Below are positions 61,041-64,000 of a stretch of 64,000 nucleotides of DNA, one piece after another. The notes beneath the pieces were generated by a model. It saw only the letters and a program-made list of their open reading frames with translations, was not told where the DNA came from and ran no database searches. This stretch comes from Pavona decussata (taxonomy: Eukaryota): assembly GCA_977016875.1 (NCBI GenBank), contig CDRNST010000125.1, forward strand, positions 248,001 to 312,000, written 5' to 3'. A program made the position numbers and the translations under genes. Each line of letters begins with the position of its first letter. Positions within the stretch are counted from its first letter, which is position 1.

Positions 61041-64000
61041 CTGAGGGAAAAACATACAGGTTTTGTCAAAACTTTATTTAACAACGGTTCTATTTTTTTT
61101 ATGGCACTCTTGAATACAAATATAACGGAATAAAAGTCTGACTTGGGAGATGTAGCAACGTTGTGCATCATTCGCCGTGTCAAAGAGATAACTTTTAAAT
61201 GGTATTCAAGATAACAAGTACTTCATAAAATTAAAATGCCTACACAAAACAACTTCGCCGTAAGAAAGCGAGACAGACTGACAGACACAGGACCCTTCGG
61301 TTGTTTTTCCGAGTCGAGCAAAACAGGATTTGATTATCACCTCTTCTCGGGCGCCACCATTTTGGATTTTTTGTCACACAAAAGAACTTCCGTTTCCTGA
61401 CAATAGCAGCAAACGTATGACGTCATAAAATCCAAAACGGCGGCGCGCTGGAAGTTTAAAACCGAAAATTGGCAATAATCATATCTAATTTTAGTACAGC
61501 GCAATGCTATTTCCACTTTTCAAAATAATATATTTAGAATTTTAAGACAGCATTTCCAACAATTTAACGTCAATTTCTTGTCAAATTGGAGGTTTCCTTT
61601 GACAACAGTTATTTACATTCAAACCAAACTAAGAAACTTCATACTATATTATACAAGACACAAGATTTGAAGTTAATGATAGAAGGAAAGTAAAGTACGC
61701 TACTTCAAGTTATTAATAAAATGGGTGAATGGATGGCTGGACATGAATACCGAGTTGTGTAACTCTTATTTATAGAGGGTCACTGACAATTTCTGCACAG
61801 AAAAGACATGAAAACATTCAGGGAAGCATTTGCACTCAATGTACGATATGCTCAAATATGGCCCAGACATGATGATTGAATAATACAGCTTGACACTTGC
61901 GGTCTTTGCCAGAAATAACACGGCGAGTCTAAAAGTATTGTGCGGGTGTATAGCGTTCTTTCATTAAAAAAAAAGTGACTGGTTGGTTGGTTGGTTGGTT
62001 TAAATAGTTGGTTTCGAGTCAATTTTATTAACCGCTTTTTGAACCGAACTACAATATATGTGGGCTTTATAAAACGCACTCAGGGTTGAATTATTTCATA
62101 AAATTTACAATGCCTAGATACGACATGGAAGATTTCAGTTGTCTTTACTTTACATTTCAAGATGTGAAGGCAATTTAATGCGGTTGGTGATTTAATCCTA
62201 GCTTGCCAGTTAGTTTTGTTGCAACCAAATTATAAAAAGCAAACAAATAAAAGTACTTTGAATTGATATCGCGAGAAATTTATTAAGGTCGGCGTAAATC
62301 GATAATCATGAATTAAACTTTTTCTGAAATATAATTCCGTTTTCGAACACCGTATTGAACAGTAATGCTTCGGCAACGAGCTTTCAATTGAGCAAATCGC
62401 TAAGGACTTAAACTTTGCACAATAAAGTCTGTATTCACTTTCTATTGTAAAACTAGGAATTTGTTCGAGTTATACAACCGCAAATTTGCATCCTCTTTCC
62501 TGATATTGGCAGCCGTTTTTAAGTAAAAATATCCCGGTCATATCGTCTGCCCTTTTTACCTTTTTGCGTGGGTTGAGAAATATCATGGAAAGAAATGCGG
62601 CTACGATTTAAAATTCTGCGCTTTGTTATTCCGTCTCTCGACGTCTTCCCCAGTAAAAATTGTAAATCGAATTTGAGCATTAAATTTTGCGCTATGTGAA
62701 AGTAATTATCATCATAATCATAACCAATATATCTTTACTTTCAAATACCCATGTTTTATAAGTCCCCTTTTAAAAAATTTGCAACAATATCCTTAGCCGA
62801 ATTTTGAGAAATGTTGCAGCAGCAAAGTAAAAACTTCAAAAGCGCTTCTTTTATCCCTCAACTCTCGAAAGCGACCAGGACTGAAAACTAGACCAAGTTC
62901 CTATTTTTCATTTTGAAGAAAACGCTGCAAAAATAGACCATTGACGAAGATAACTGCCCAGCTGTGGATTTCATTTAAATGGTCAAACGTTCGAATATTA
63001 TTCACATACTCAGCAGTTGAATAGGATTATAAAAAGCGCTTCAGGTAATGAATATTCTTTCGTTTTCACCTTAATGGTCACAGGATCAGTTTAACATCAA
63101 ATTCAAAAGCTAGAAATACCGTGCACAGCACAATAGACAGCACCACAAGAAAGAGTACATCAATTATCCCTATCATTAAGCATGTAGCTGATAGCATCAC
63201 TGGCGTGGATTGAACACTCCACATGCTTCAACAAGCTCTGTCCCAGATTAGGTTGGCTTAGGTAGTTAGCTTTTCTAGGAAACTGCGCGCAAGCAGAATT
63301 ACAAAGCAAGCGAGGAAGGATTTCCCAGACCATGGCAGGTAGATACAAACACAAAACGTCGCGGATTTTCCTAGGTACGCCACACTCAAAACCTTCCTTT
63401 GAGTTGTTTCAAAATAATAACGGCGATTACCAAAGTTTCAGTGCTTGAAATGACGTTCCGTCCGTTGTAGTGAATGCAGGCATTGTAATTTCAAACAAGC
63501 TGAAGTGGGACTGAAGCTACTTTTGTCGGAACGGTAAAAGCCCCGTTAATTTTATTTTTTTAATTTTTCCTTTCCATATATTATCGTTTCAGGAAGGGAT
63601 AGTCAACGGAAAGTGTCTCATTAAAAAATATATATATAAATAAATAAGAAGGTCCAATCTGCGTAATGCGTTTTTCATCAGTAAACTCCATGCTACGATT
63701 CAAAGAGATACAACATAGACAGACGGGCTGAAGGAACGCCAAGATACAAAACAAACTTTCTGTCGTTCAACGTTCCGTCTGAGACGGAGGTCTTCATCAA
63801 GCTTTGCTCCATGGGTGTTGGAGACCCCACGTCGACGATGGGTGAAAACATTCCAAGCTAGAATTGTCTAGGTAATCAGATACCCGAGAACCCGGTTCTG
63901 TGATTACAAATCAGGACGCTTTGTTCCTACGTCGCCAGTTTGTCAGTTTTGAACACCGTGGGTTAAATGTGCCTTACCGCGCGGTCGGACAAGCACGTCA

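Noticed and set aside
63755-63805. Second hammerhead-like sequence on the minus strand (UUGAUGAAGAC...GGAACGUUG)
   Set aside because: The core deviates (UUGAUGA, GGAA instead of GAAA) and helix I is not evident; at most a dead remnant.
63080-64000. Candidate first exon(s) of the giant gene: hydrophobic MIGIIDVLFLVVLSIVLCT near 63120-63177 and a GTAAG donor near 63977
   Set aside because: Weak donor in one case and window truncation in the other; cannot be assigned without transcripts.
1-64000. CRISPR array, prokaryotic operon or phage integrase locus
   Set aside because: The sequence is intron-containing eukaryotic DNA with no repeat-spacer array; the recombinase belongs to the retrotransposon.

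Overview
Eukaryotic (metazoan) genomic DNA with AT-rich GT-AG introns and many MITEs/SINEs; the repeat style suggests a cnidarian such as a stony coral (inference). Two spliced genes lie on the minus strand. (1) A 7-exon arylsulfatase B-like gene (6924-25348, 500 aa). (2) At least 15 exons of a giant (>6,895 aa) predicted type-I membrane protein (27720->61040). It joins a vitellogenin/apolipophorin-like lipid-transfer N-terminus, a long helical region, propeller-like segments, many FN3-like repeats, a ZU5/GPS-like HLT motif, a Calx-beta-like domain, a TM helix and a cytoplasmic tail, and it has a 12,069-nt exon. Intron 3 of the sulfatase holds a complete Ngaro-type tyrosine-recombinase retrotransposon (12883-20760; split direct repeats, TTAA at all three junctions). 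Its gag is interrupted by a 2.7-kb DNA transposon with a 9-bp TSD and decayed RecQ-helicase motifs (AcademH-like). A minimal hammerhead ribozyme motif lies in sense orientation in an intron of the giant gene. All calls were made by eye; no database searches were run.
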